Assembly (NCBI GenBank): GCA_964187785.1 | Contig: OZ076409.1 | Location: 52,578,001 to 52,642,000, forward strand | Origin: Amphiscolops sp. MND2022 | Taxonomy: Eukaryota | DNA length: 64,000 nt | Reading direction: 5' to 3' | In this document: piece after piece, positions 23,312 to 36,305 of the stretch | How the letters are laid out: each line of letters opens with the position of its first letter | Position numbering within the stretch: the first letter of the stretch is position 1 | Notes under the pieces: model-generated | Database searches by the model: none | What the model was told of the DNA's origin: nothing | The model's input: only the letters and a program-made list of their open reading frames with translations | Made by a program: the position numbers and the translations under genes

Positions 23312-24236
23312 CAACTAGGTTGTATGATTTCTTCTAGTGTACTATCTCCAACGTATCAGCTAAAGTTGCAGTGAAAGGAACAAAAGAGCCACAAAATTAC
23401 CAAGTTAAACAAAGTCTATCCATAGTGAAACCCTGCTCAAGTTGACGGCTCATATATAGATGGTATTTCAAAAGTGAAAAAGCAAGAAATTATGAAAAAA
23501 TTAAAGCTGAGCAAGCCTCCTCATTCTTTAATAGGTTACTAAAAAAGATGACTTGCTCTTCTTGCACGTGCCACAGCTACCCAGCAGACCCATGAAAACA
23601 TCTGTGTTCGCATTAATTCGAAAAATCTGAAATCTAATTTAGAAATAAGTGATAAAGTTTTCCTTTTCTGAACGACGGTTTTTTTGTCTAAGGAACTAGA
23701 GGGAAAATGATTCGTTCCTAGGACCACTCGAAAGCCGACCAAGTTGGAAATTTCATTACGGTAATATCTCTCGCCAAGGGTAATCTCAATTCGTGCTTCC
23801 ATAAAAAGACCAGAGGCACTTCATCTTGTTTATCATTTTTATTAGCAAATGTCATACAGACAAAACCTTTAAAAAATCACACTAAGAGTAATTTCGCAAT
23901 CACCACCGTTAACAATCAGAGTTATAGCATTACATTTTTCCTTTTCTTCGGCAACTGAGAAGTAATCAAATGATTTGCAACTTGCTGTTTGGCGTCGTAA
24001 TGAAAGTAAGGAGCCACTCACAGCTCTCAGGAGCAATCATTGGGTGCGGTTTCAGAATGTACGAAAAACGTATTCCAGGAGACGAGAAACGTTTTGATTG
24101 CCTGCTGGCATTCAGCAAAATAGAATTTTTCCCAACAGAAGAAAAAACGTTTTGACAATTTTTCGAGACAACAGAAGTAACTAACCGTACCCGGATTGAC
24201 CCTCGACTAATGTCATATTACGATTGTGCATAATAG

Positions 24237-25183
24237 CCCGGGTTGACCCTCCATCGATATCTTAATAAGATCTTGCCAAGATTTTGGAAAAATCTTAGCT
24301 AAGATCGTGCCAAGATATTGCCAAGAATTGCAAGATGTCATGGTAAGATCTTATCCAGAGAGACATGTTCCCAAGAAAAAGTTTAATGCAAAATCCTATT
24401 TGATCAGAAAAAAATCTGAAAGGAAGTCAACAAAATCAACATTTTTGCAGATTTATATTGTTAGGCATCAAAATTTCTGTTGACAAGGTATAAAGTTTGA
24501 TTGCAGAGTCCTTAATGCTTTCTATTTAGGGATGCACTGATTTCATTGTTCTATCAAACTGTCGACAAAAACGGCGTCAGAAAAGCATCGAGCTGAATCA
24601 TTACCCAAACTGGGGCAATGACCGCCGTTTCTAGCAGTAATATGATAGCAGGAGATATGATTTTCCAGTGTAACTTTCCAATTGTGGCTCTGGACGTTTT
24701 AGAGCAATTTTCTCCGTTTCTGGAATAGACAGGAGGAATAAATTACAAGTTTTGGAAAGCCCTTGAAATGAGCTTTCATTTGGAACATTCGTATTTCCCA
24801 GTCTTAAACAGGTGAGCAGTTATTAGGATTCTCGTCAAAATTTTGGAAGCCAAAATACGTTATCGTACTTTTTCACGCATTTTTGCATGCAAATTTTTTT
24901 CAGCAGGTTTAAGCATTTTGATTATGGAAACGGGTAGAAATGGTCGTTGTTGGGTAAAATGAGCCTTCAGATTGAGTCTCGGCTGCTTGTACCGAAGGCA
25001 TAGTGTTTTTTATAATCTTAGAATTTTGTCTATCGTGATAAGATACGATCTTGGAATAATGTATTATCTTAGTAAGTTCTTAATAAGAATCTTGCCATGG
25101 GATCCATTGTTGCCAAGATGTAGTAAGAATTTGGCAAGATCTTGCCAAGACAGCAAAGATGCTAGTGAGTGGGTCAACCCGGG
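24237..25183. mobile_element. Non-autonomous CMC/EnSpm-like DNA transposon (MITE), copy 2
   Basis: Same TIR and internal sequence as copy 1; 2-bp TSD AG. Confidence 0.85.
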
Positions 25184-26303
25184 AGTTCGTAGTCGTGGTT
25201 GTGGCGATCGCCATTGGAACTACGATTGACGTGATGTTGCATTAAGATCGTATTACGAATAATCGAATTCGAATACAGTGACTACAATGCACGCTAAACT
25301 TTCATTAGAATCACATGTCTCAAATTACATCCCGTTGATGAATTTGCCTGAACTTTTTGGAAATACTTTGATGTTGCCAGCCAATTTTATTATGATTTTC
25401 TAAACCTCAGGAAACCTAGGAAACTTTCATGCGAAACTATTTCTCCGTTGTACTTAACTTTTATCTGCTTGACTGATTCAGAGAAGTTTTGGCGGCAATT
25501 TTAAGCCTTGAAGTTTTGCAGGTTTTATTATGCATCAGCTATAATTTTAAAAGAAAAAAATTGCTATCAGTCTTACGGCTAATTGAATGCAAAATAACTG
25601 CAGTCGCGTAATAAACTGCAAATTAGCGTCATGTTTAGCGTGCTATTTGAGAGGCGGTGATCCCATCAGATGAACAGCTGAGAAAACAAAGTATAAAGAC
25701 AACATGATGACATCGGTAATGATGTGGAATTCATTTTTCAAATTAATTGCAGTAGTGGAAAACGCAGTGTAATTTTAAATGATTCACCACCAGAATTTCA
25801 CTGAATTTACTAGGTTTTTTTATAAAAAAGTACCTGCATGCAGGCCTGCAGCTTGTAAAAAGTTCATGCAGTTTCAATTAGGGTCTACAGTAGTACGAAG
25901 AGTTCAAAGTTACGAGTACGTATATTTCAAAATTACGCGTAAAAATATACGATTTTGAATTTAAACACATATAAACATGCTCATACTAACACATTTTCCA
26001 AACTCTCTGAGAAAAAAAACAAATTTCAAGTTTGAAACATTCCGAGAATTTTTATGCCAAAATTAATTTGAAGTGAAATTTAAAAAAAACACTTAGAAAA
26101 AGATGCTTTCAAACTAGCTTCTGACCGATTAAATAACTAGCCAATGAGATTTGTTTTATTTGCATCTTTCTGCGTGCTTTTTTGGTTTTTCTAAAATCAT
26201 TCCTGTAGCGTTACAAAGTAGCGTACTATTGTACTATTGTAAACAAATCAAATAGGAAAATTATCTTCACGCCGTCATGACGAACACACAACTCGAAACT
26301 ATA

Positions 26304-28789
26304 TGTCGTAAGCTTGTTTGTGGTGATTGTCAATAAAACAGACATTGAGGAGGTCAACGTTGCTATTGGTAGGTCATCGGACTCCTCAAGAGCGTTAAGT
26401 TCAAGTTCTCTCTCCAAGTGAGCAACTATTTCATCGTATGAGCCATTTCGAAGCCTGGCCATTTTGACTGACCGTTTCATTTTCGGTGGTAGTTTTGCGT
26501 ACAAGAGATTGTCAATCATTTTTTGAGCATGGTCTCCAAACGCCTTCTCTGCCCCTTGATTGAGTTCTTCTAAAAAAATCGGGTAGTTTGATCGTGTTAG
26601 GATCAAACACCAGACGGTGCCATTTGTGCTTGGTGGTCGCCTGAGATTCAGGTTTGATGTATTTGCGTCTAAAGATGACTAGTACGTCTTCAAGAGTTTG
26701 TCTATTTGCAGTGCTGATGTTTCTGAATGTCTGCAACGCATACTTCCTCAAAAGTGAGTCGAAGTGGTTTATCTTCATCTGCTCAGACATTTCACGCTGC
26801 ATCTTGATCATCGTGTGGAAGAGATCTTCGAACAGCTCGAACTTCTCGCTTTCATTGTACTAGAGTTTACCGGTCCGATAGTGAGTTATTGGGCTGTCGG
26901 ACGATTCTGCATACTTGTCAAGACGTCAGCTAGTCTGTTGATTGGGTCTGATTCTGCAGCTGTTCTCTCTTGTGCTGGGATCGTCGTGTCGAGTAGGGGA
27001 TTATGTTCGTCATCGGGTTGATTGAGATGACTTCACGATGGGATTCGTCCCGTGAGAAACTCGGGAACTAGGATTGGAGATTCGTTTTCTCCTGTCACCA
27101 TGTCGTAAGCTTGTACGTGGTGATTGTCAATAAAACAGTCACGAACTGGCTCACTCCTCACGTTGCCTTTGATTCTCTCACTGCGGCAATCTTCGGAAAT
27201 AAGTTCAGGTCTCTCAACTGGAACGTTCCATCGATTTTGTGTCAAGTGGCCTGACCCGGCCTTTAAGGCATTTTGTATCTGGGGCAATATTTGATTACTA
27301 ATAGCATCGCTAATTGCCCTCTGAATTTGAATATTGACATTATTCATCATATCATTCATGTTCCTAGACAGCCTTGAGTTAAGTTCACTCGACAGTTTGT
27401 TGATCTCGGCATTGGAGCTAACTCTTGCTGATTTCTGATCCTGACTGGTGTTAATACCAGGTCTAGCCTCTACATCATTCAGGTATAAGTTTTCTTCGTT
27501 GTTTTCAAACTTATCACTAATGACACTTCCTGGTGTCCTAGCTGAGTTACTGTTCGCACTTTTCTCTCTTTCAGAATGCCTTTAACCTAGCATTATGTCT
27601 AGATTTTTAATATCCGAGAGTTTCTAATTCTCTGGATTTCCTTGCTTTTTTCTGTTTCCTTGTAGTAGGCATCAAGAATCTAAGTACAAATATTTGAATT
27701 ATTTATATGGTCGGAAAACTAACAGAGAACGGTTCTGAATGGTAAGAAACGAAATTAATGAATCTCCCAAGAGGGATGTGGGTATTTATACCTCCGAAAG
27801 AGTGACACTCACATTCTTTACATTTTCGATCATGAAAAATCACAAGATTGTTGGAGTCCTAACTCACGTGGTTAATCATGAGGAAGCGAGGAAGCATCGA
27901 TCAATGCCTTCAATTTGGCGGTTGACGGGACTACTACGTCAAAGCATCAGTCAAAACAAAATATCTAAACAACTAAATGCTGAACATTCCTTGTTAAATC
28001 TTCATGTTGTCAACGATTCATCATCTCCATACTGCTGAGGTGCAAATATTCAAAATAAGTAGCATCAGCTTCGAGCACGTGGTGGGACGTTAGATTCAAA
28101 GTGGGACATGGGTGAAACAATTTACATGTGGTGGATAAATACTAAATAGACCTAATAAGGCCGGCGTACTCAATACCATGCAGTGATTAAAGACCGGTAT
28201 AGAACCGAAGACCAATCTATAGTGCTATCATAATAAATCAACAATCAACACTTCAAATCGTCATTAACAGTCCTTTTCATCCCTTAAGGGCTGTTTTATT
28301 AACCAAGTATGCATCAATAATCTACCGTACTGAGTATTAGCACTTTAAAACACATTGCTTTGATCGGTCGGAACCGGCCCTTTACCTAAACAGTGCAAGT
28401 GAGTTAACAAATCTCAGGCAAACGGCCATAACCGGCAAGTAATTGGACTGCACTATATTAATGAAGGCTTGTGATTGGTTAAAACATACTAGCAAGCGAC
28501 ATTGTCGCAAAGGTACGGGAACCCAATTGAACTCGTTTCAGTTTTGCTTTGCAGTCAACTTTCCTATTTCGCTCTTGTATTAATTCACATGTACAGCCCT
28601 TCAAATAGCACACTTATGTTAACAGACTATTAGTACTTGTGTATAAAAAATAAAATTATGATATTACATGCGGCAAAAGTTTATTCTTAATGACAGTTTT
28701 TTAAAACATCGGTAAAGTGCCGGGTACGGTCTCCTGTCCGGACGTCGTAGTCGTAATCCTGGTACCATCACCGGCGGCAGCCTGCGACA
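26304..28789 (-). mobile_element. Internally deleted Gypsy element: 5' LTR 28789-27101, PBS, gag fragment, last ~40 bp of the 3' LTR
   Basis: LTR TGTCGCA...TACGACA; PBS TGGTGACAGGAG; gag ORFs 26226-27359; LTR end repeated at 26304-26341; TSD CTATA on both sides. Confidence 0.9.
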
Positions 28790-29331
28790 CTATAAAACCT
28801 TGAAGAGTTTGTCTACCAATTGAAATCCTTGAAAGGGACAGTACCTTATCCTCGAGAACCAAATTTTGAATCAAAATGTCAGTGGATAGTAATAGTGCCA
28901 AAATAGTCTGTGCTTTTCTTAAAAAAATGCCCGAATATCACAGTCCCTCGTTTTTCTGCTTTTTTTAAAGACACACTCGATCCGACGAACGTTAACGTTC
29001 AACTAAAGGAATCTAACGGAACACCCGAGAAACGCATCAAAGTTATTCCAAAGAATGCCCTTTTTCGTTTTTTACTTTATAAACGTAACCTACAAAACCG
29101 GGCGGTACTAAAGGGTGCCCCTTTCAATTTTTTCGGCACTGTGGACTTTTTTTGAAAGTTTTTTTGCCTCCAAAGCGTCCCTTCTTTGTTTTTTTAACCT
29201 AGCCTACAAAACCGGATGAGTGTAAAGGGTCCCTTCTTTAGATTTTTTTCGGCACTGTGGACTTTTAGATAGTTTTTTGTCTCCAAAGCGTCCCCCCTTT
29301 GTTTTTTTTTTATTTTTCAAACCTAGCCTAC

Positions 29332-31168
29332 TGTCGCAGGCTGCCGCCTGTGATGGCACCAGTTATAAGACTTCGACTGCTGCCCAAGATATAACACCGG
29401 AACCTTACTATTGAAACCCTCTATTGAAACACAAACTTGTAAATCTATTAAAACAGTACGATTAGTCAGTTACACTATAGTGAAAACACCGTTGCTACAT
29501 TTGTATTAATACTAGTCTGTTAAAATATTACGATTTGGAAAGTTGTTAGATTCAAAAGCTGTATTCGTAAAGTTGAAAACTGGATAAATGCTGTGACAAA
29601 TTGAGAGCAATTTAATCGCAAAGAGGAAATGTGTTCAAGTGCGGAAACGTCCTGTCTCGGCGCAGTAGCTCTCAGTACATTATCCAACCAATCTTAGAGC
29701 ATATTTATTAAATTGGCCGAGTAAGGACAAATGACGCAACTTTACTCTTCTTACTTGATTTTTCAGTCATTAGGCCAGTTTCGGCCTCCTTCAAAGTAAA
29801 GTGCAGCGAGAAAATCAACTACCCTTATAATCAAGTAATACTTGATTGTTTGTGCCTTTAATAATGAATTTTGTCTCAGCAAAAGCTACCTAGCTGCTTT
29901 TCATTTATAACAACCATTTCTGCGCTACGATCATTCACCCTCTTACTTCTGTTAAAATAGAATTAGTCAAATGGCCTGCTCCGGTCTAATCAAGTAATGT
30001 CGTTATATTCTTTGTTCATTGTTAGTTGCTCTCAGTTTAGTTGCGCTATATCATCTGATGACAATGAAAAATGCTAAACGATATTGTGCCAGATATGTCG
30101 AAGCTACCAATCTTTGAATCAATCTAGACCATTATTTATGATGCAATGCTAGGCCAAAGGTCCATATTAGGTCGTTATACCATGTAAACCTTTGCATGTG
30201 ATATTACTGTTTCCAGAAATAATACTTTTCACGTGGCGACGCATGCAAGTAATTTGTACTCGAGTTTCTTTGTAATTTGTTTACATTCCCGAAGTGGCTG
30301 TTTGTTTGAAGTTGCATTCTTTAGTGTAAATCAATGTCAGGAATTTCCTTCCATTAGGGTGCTTATTCAAATATGACATTCACGAGACCCTTTGTGGAAA
30401 GGTGTCACTTGGTGTCAAAAGATAAGTGCTTTGCTGTTGTGTTTAGTAAACATTGCAAATATGTGGAAAATGTGATTGTCACCCTCTCGTGAGTATATAT
30501 ACCCGTGTTTTCCTTGGGAGGGACACAATTGTTTTAGTCCTACAGTATTTGTTACACTGTTTTAGACTGCATAATTAGATCACCCATTAAAATATTTCAA
30601 CCTGAAATCTCAATGCCTACTACGAGAAAGCAAAAGATAGCTAGGAAATCAAGAGTCTTAGAAATTCTCTCTGACATTGAAAACTTTGATATAATGCTTG
30701 GTGAAAATCACTTTATTACAAGAGAGAGAGAGATGAAAGCTGGAACAGTAATCAAGCTAGAAGACCTGATAGTGTCACTAGTAACAATATTGGGAATGAT
30801 GACGAGAGTTTGTACCAGGACCGTAGAGATATTAGTTCAGGGATTGATGCCGATTACGGCCAAAACTCAGTCGGTACCATTTCTCCTGCAGAGATTAATA
30901 GATTGTCGAGCGAATTGAACTCTATAATAACTAGGGAGATGGATGAGATGATGAACAGTGTCTTTGTTCAAATACAGAGAGCCATAAATGACGCCATTAG
31001 TAACCAAGTCTTACCTCAGATTCAAAATGCCATTATGGCCGGTTCAGGCTGATGGACCGGAATCAAATTCTGATGTTCTGCGAAATGTATGCAATAGAGA
31101 TAACTCAAGAAGTGAGCATATCCAAAATCATCAAATTGATTATCAACCCAATCACAATGCTTACGAAA
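29332..31168 (+). mobile_element. Gypsy LTR (solo or truncated) containing the MPTTRKQK ORF at 30613
   Basis: Starts TGTCGCAGGCTGCCGCC and ends ...GCTTACGAAA (the 27101 copy ends GCTTACGACA). No TSD recovered. Confidence 0.8.
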
Positions 31169-31376
31169 TTTTTGTCTGCATAGTGATGCGTATCTTGCAA
31201 GAAATTTTTCTTGGTGATGCAAGTCTTTCAAGAACCTTGCAAGATTTTTACAAGATATAACTTTTCTGTCAGATTCTTGCAAGATTTGCTTTTCTGCCGG
31301 AATCTTGCAAGATTTACATTTTTCATGATTGTCTGGCAGGATTCTTGCAAGCTACGTCTTTTTCCTGACCAGGGAT
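31169..31376. mobile_element. Terminal fragment of a CMC/EnSpm-like MITE
   Basis: TCTTGCAAGA repeats ending in ...CCTGACCAGGG. Confidence 0.55.
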
Positions 31377-32465
31377 ATTTTAAGTGACCAATCGGAAAGA
31401 GAACACTGCAAGTGATATGAAGCAAAGAGTCAAAGTGTAAATTGTGCGGCTGTGCAGAGACATTTTTATCTCAATGTACAAATATTGTTAAGACAGCCAG
31501 CGTTCGAAAATAGCACGTAGTATGACGTTGTCCATTGATCAACTGTGGAAAGATTTAAAAAGCTGCCAAAAATGTTGGTAGGCCTGTGGCAGGGCTCTCG
31601 AGCATATCTTGAGACGCTAGTTTGCCGGAAAAACCCACAGTGGTTAGGAAACGACATGTTTGCCCTAGTTGAACTTGCTGGGAAGATTTACATCTTCCTT
31701 AAGGTTGCCAAACACCTTTAGCATGATTTTTGGAGTTCCAGGGAGAATCATCCAAGAAAGGTGTTTCCCTGATTCAATGCTATTTCTTCAGGTATTTGTT
31801 AGGATTTCTATACAATTTGGCGTGTTTTAAGAGCAACATCGAAGAAATTGAAGACAAATTCTCCGCAAACTTTGAATTGTTTCAGTGGGCAAATCTTGAA
31901 GTTTTGTGAGTGCAAACGCTGCAATTGCGCCATATTAGTAAAGACGTAACAGAAGAAGAACAGAGTGTTGCTTCACAACTGCAAATCAATCATTTGCCGT
32001 TCTAGTAGAAGTGTACAGATGTAGTGTTACGGCTGGCGTATGAGTCGTTGTTTTGTGTCGAATTTATCCTAACTGATCTAGTAGGTGTATAGAAACTCCT
32101 TGTTTCGTTCTTGGGCTCATTTTCGGGTTCCTCTCTAGAATTTTTTCAGGAATTTGTCCTTGATTTTAGCAGGCTTAACATTGCCTTTTGCGATTCTGCT
32201 AGTAGGATTGGTTTTGATTTCCGATGTGATTTCGTCTTTCAGAGAAATCCGTAAGCTTTCTATAATGCTGTTTTCTATTCTAGGTGATTTTGGGTTTGAA
32301 GGACCCACTATCTGGACGTCCTGGGCTACAGGGACATCGTCCTCGCTCAGAGCTGGTGAAATTAAACCTTCACATACGTTATTGGAGCTCTCCTGCTGAT
32401 CATTCTTCCTTTTCTGGCTGGCTTTTAGTTGTAGATATTTTGAAAAACTTAGAAATCAAGAAGTT

Positions 32466-32665
32466 NNNNNNNNNNNNNNNNNNNNNNNNNNNNNNNNNNN
32501 NNNNNNNNNNNNNNNNNNNNNNNNNNNNNNNNNNNNNNNNNNNNNNNNNNNNNNNNNNNNNNNNNNNNNNNNNNNNNNNNNNNNNNNNNNNNNNNNNNNN
32601 NNNNNNNNNNNNNNNNNNNNNNNNNNNNNNNNNNNNNNNNNNNNNNNNNNNNNNNNNNNNNNNNN
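32466..32665. other. Assembly gap (200 N)
   Basis: Run of N. Confidence 1.
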
Positions 32666-35600
32666 CAGACGTGAACAACTAATACCTGATTTTGAATTTA
32701 AACCTGAACAAACGTTATGACTAATTCTTGAGTTATGATTATTTGAACGAAGCTAGGAAGATATTTTGAATAGACGACAAAGACGGATTTTGGATTAGAG
32801 ACAAAGTAACGAACGTCAACATATAAATCAACTCATTAGTAGGTAGTTTTGGTCTGTTGCGACAATTGCGACAGTCCTATAAAATGGAGAGTATAATATT
32901 CAATCATCCGCACCTTTTCGTGATGCTTCACATTAAGTTTACGAGTTAAGTAACGACATGTCCACGCAAATATATCGAAAGTTAAGGGTATGAAGCATAC
33001 ATTTAAAAGATTGAGTATGAAAGTACAAGCGTATGAAAATATGTTTCTAGTAAAAAATATATTTAGCTTGTTTCAACTTCACTAAAAAACTGTGACTTTA
33101 ATTCATAGATTACGGAGAAATTCATATAAATTAATTTCTAGAGCGCTTTTAGATTAATAACAACTTGTCTGACGGAAGGTTGACGCAATTTCAAAATTCC
33201 ATTTCCCTAGTTAGATTAAACGGACTTTAAACAAACTCCTTCAGCCAGATTCATCAGCAAAGTATTCATTTCATGATTTTAGGTGGAATAGGACAGCTAT
33301 TTTGATGGATTTGTGACGTAGTGTTGACAAGTTTTCCCAACTAGTATGACAAATTTAATTAATTCAACTAATTTCATAACCTTGTCAACGTCACTTTGAC
33401 GAATTTTCTTGGCAGAATTAAGATTTCGACTAGTTTGACGCAATGCTGACGAGTATTTAGAACGAGCTACTCTTCAGTTGCCAAAGCCGTGCCGTCATAC
33501 TGGCGTATAACTGGAATGATTTCTAATATGGCCGTTGATTCAGTGGCGTAGCACAGGCGGATAATCGGAATGATTTTCTGGTATGCATACACGGAATTAC
33601 GTCACATTAAATATTTCCAAAACTTATATGCGTCCTAATGACGACAAATGTACATGTACGTTTATTCTTACTGCCGCTTTGTTTACTTAGCGCAATATCG
33701 TCATTCTAAATCACACTATTTGCTGTTCAAACGCTATTAACTAGCCTTATTTTGACGAGGCGTACTTTCTTAACGTGTTTTTCAAAGTGGGTTTCATTTT
33801 AGATCTGGGTATGCGCTCTTTTCAGAGATAATTTCGTATCTGTTTTCATTTAGATTAGTCTATGAGTTCGATCCTGAGACGCAGTTTTAGTTTCATTTTC
33901 AGGTGGAGAAAGTGATCGCTTAATTCGTGGCTTAAACGTCTTAGCGGAAATGCGTGAATTCATTTTTAGTCTGTTCAACTACTAGTATTCAATATTGTCT
34001 AAATATTTGCGTGATCTAGACGTAGTTTGTTTTTGATCACAGTTTATCTGGTAATTTTTAGTAGTTAAAACAAGTTTTCACAAGCCTTGCGGTGCAACCA
34101 TGACCACGGCCGAAACCAACTCTTACACAGCCACAACCCAGTCCGGGAGCGGACTGTGACATGTAGTTCTTTATGAGAGGTCTAATTATTCAACAAATAC
34201 CGATAAAGTTATCGCCCAAAAAGTGCGCACGGTTATTGATTACAATTTGTTGTCTAATTAGTGCGTCTTCAGTAAGTATTCGATTGCATTGCTTTACTTA
34301 TATGAGACATTGGTTGTAGTTTGACGAATTTGATAAAACCACTGCCAGTCCGCTTGAACTGCACTTTTCAACACTAGAAATCTACTGCTTCATTTGAGTG
34401 CTTTCCTTCGTTGACAAATATTTGAAACTTTCAGATCTCGAAAACTTTTGTGCGTTCTGTTTTTGTGGTTTAACAATTCTAGGATTTCAATTCATTACTC
34501 CTACAGCCACGTGCAATTAGGTTTTTCGTGTTCTCCGTAGGTTTTTCGTCTTTTCCGTCCTTTTGACAAGCGTGTCGAAAGCGTAAACTTTAATATTTTG
34601 CTCGGAAAGTCACTATTCAGTCCAAAACCCACAATTTGCAAAAGTTTGATTTTCATCGAGTTCATGAAACAAATTTTTTTGTGATTATTTTTTTTTGAAT
34701 ATGAAAATAGGACCTATATTATGTTTTCAGTTATGAAAAAAATAGCGATTTTTATCACATAGTTTTGTTGAAAAATGTCTCGTGTTGTTGCGGTGTCTTT
34801 TTTCTTTTGACTTCGACGACAAAGAATTTGAAACTAAGTTCCAGAGGTTCGATCAAAAAAGTTGCTTTTTGCTTCTGTTTTTCAAACAGCATGTTTACAT
34901 AGACGCGATTCAGTTTCTTGCTTTTCTTTAAGAAGCTTTTATCTGGGACCGTGTGGCATGGTGGCGATGTTCGGGCGTACTGGTGCAATATCTGAAGGAC
35001 CGTGGTGTGACCTGAGTTCCTGATAACAGTTCCGCTCCAGGAAACTTCGATTTTAATCAACTTCCAGAGGAGACTTGCACTTCTGAACCCAAACCTTTTC
35101 TATTGTTTCACTTCTTCAAAAGTATTTTGTTTCTGAACTAATTCAGTTTATTAATCCATTGCCCTTTGTTTTGTTTCTTAGTTTCAGTGCTAACAACATC
35201 TATTAGCATCTAGTGAGGAAAGTCAGCTGATTATCTCGACTTTATGATTATTGAGCTTTCTTGAAGACCGCTTGCAGTTTTTTCAAAGATTTCAAAGGTT
35301 GCAGGTACTTTTTTCAAAGCGCAGCGGCATGGTGACAAAATTTTCTAAGATGCAGGGAATTTTTTTCAAAGTTTTTTCCCTGCGCGCAGTCTGAGTTTTC
35401 TAGGTTATTTCAAAAAAATTACCCTGCATGCAGGCCTGAAGCATGTAAAATGTTCCAGCAGTGTCGACTAGGGAGAACAGACGAAACTGACATCAGAGCA
35501 CATAAACAAATGCTGAAAAAAAGAGATCGTTGACAGGTACCTTCAGCAGCTTGGCGATTGTAGATTCCTGTTTTCTGACAGGAATTCACAACCTGGTGTT

Positions 35601-35798
35601 GTGAAAATCTCGAAAACCGATGATTTTCTTTCTCGGTGAAAGGGAGGGGGGTTCCAGCTCGCCAATTCAACCATCGGATAATTTAGTAGTCGTCCAATTG
35701 CACTGGATTCCCTTGAGGGTCTTGTCGTCTTCGAATGTTCGTTCTGCAAGCTATCGATGATTACTATCCATGCATGTTGCATTCTGACGCTGCTTTAT

Positions 35799-36262
35799 AA
35801 CAAGCCGGAAAAGGCATAAGCGTATAAGGTCACCCCGTAAAAGGCTCCAAAAAAGCAAAAGGACCTCAAAGCGTCAAATATTATCTTCCATTCTACGCGA
35901 AAAACCAAAAGGAGACGACTGAACTGGCGCGCTAAAAAGGTACATTTGAGATTTTTTTAACATTCATTGCAGCTGTTGCAAAAAAATTGAAGGGGACCCT
36001 TCGAAGACAAATAAAAAAATTTTCGAGAAAAACGTCTCACAATGCCGAAAAAACTAAAAGGGAGGACCCTTAAGAGTCGTCCGGTATTGTATGTTGAGCT
36101 AAAAGAGGAACAACTTTGATTGTTAAGTTCCCTGAGCCAAATGCTACAATTTGACTCCTTAAAATTTTGAAGAACTTCGAAGAACTATTTTGGTCAGTTC
36201 GTGTGGATTGAAAAAAGAGTCACTATTATAGTCGCGTTCCAGCTAAAGAAGCGCCGACTGAA
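35799..36262 (+). mobile_element. DINE/HINE-like (Helentron-associated) non-autonomous repeat
   Basis: Starts AACAAGCCG, has internal GGGGACCCTT motifs and a 3' AGTCGCG...GCGCCGACT stem; related to 54446-54967. Confidence 0.55.
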
Positions 36263-36305
36263 AAGAAAGTAATTCAGAAGTAAGAGTCTCGTTAGTTTAG
36301 ATGTT

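Noticed and set aside
31430..32465. Possible coding remnant before the gap
   Set aside because: No recognisable motif; cannot be assigned without a search.
32284..32682. ORFs containing X runs
   Set aside because: They cross the assembly gap.
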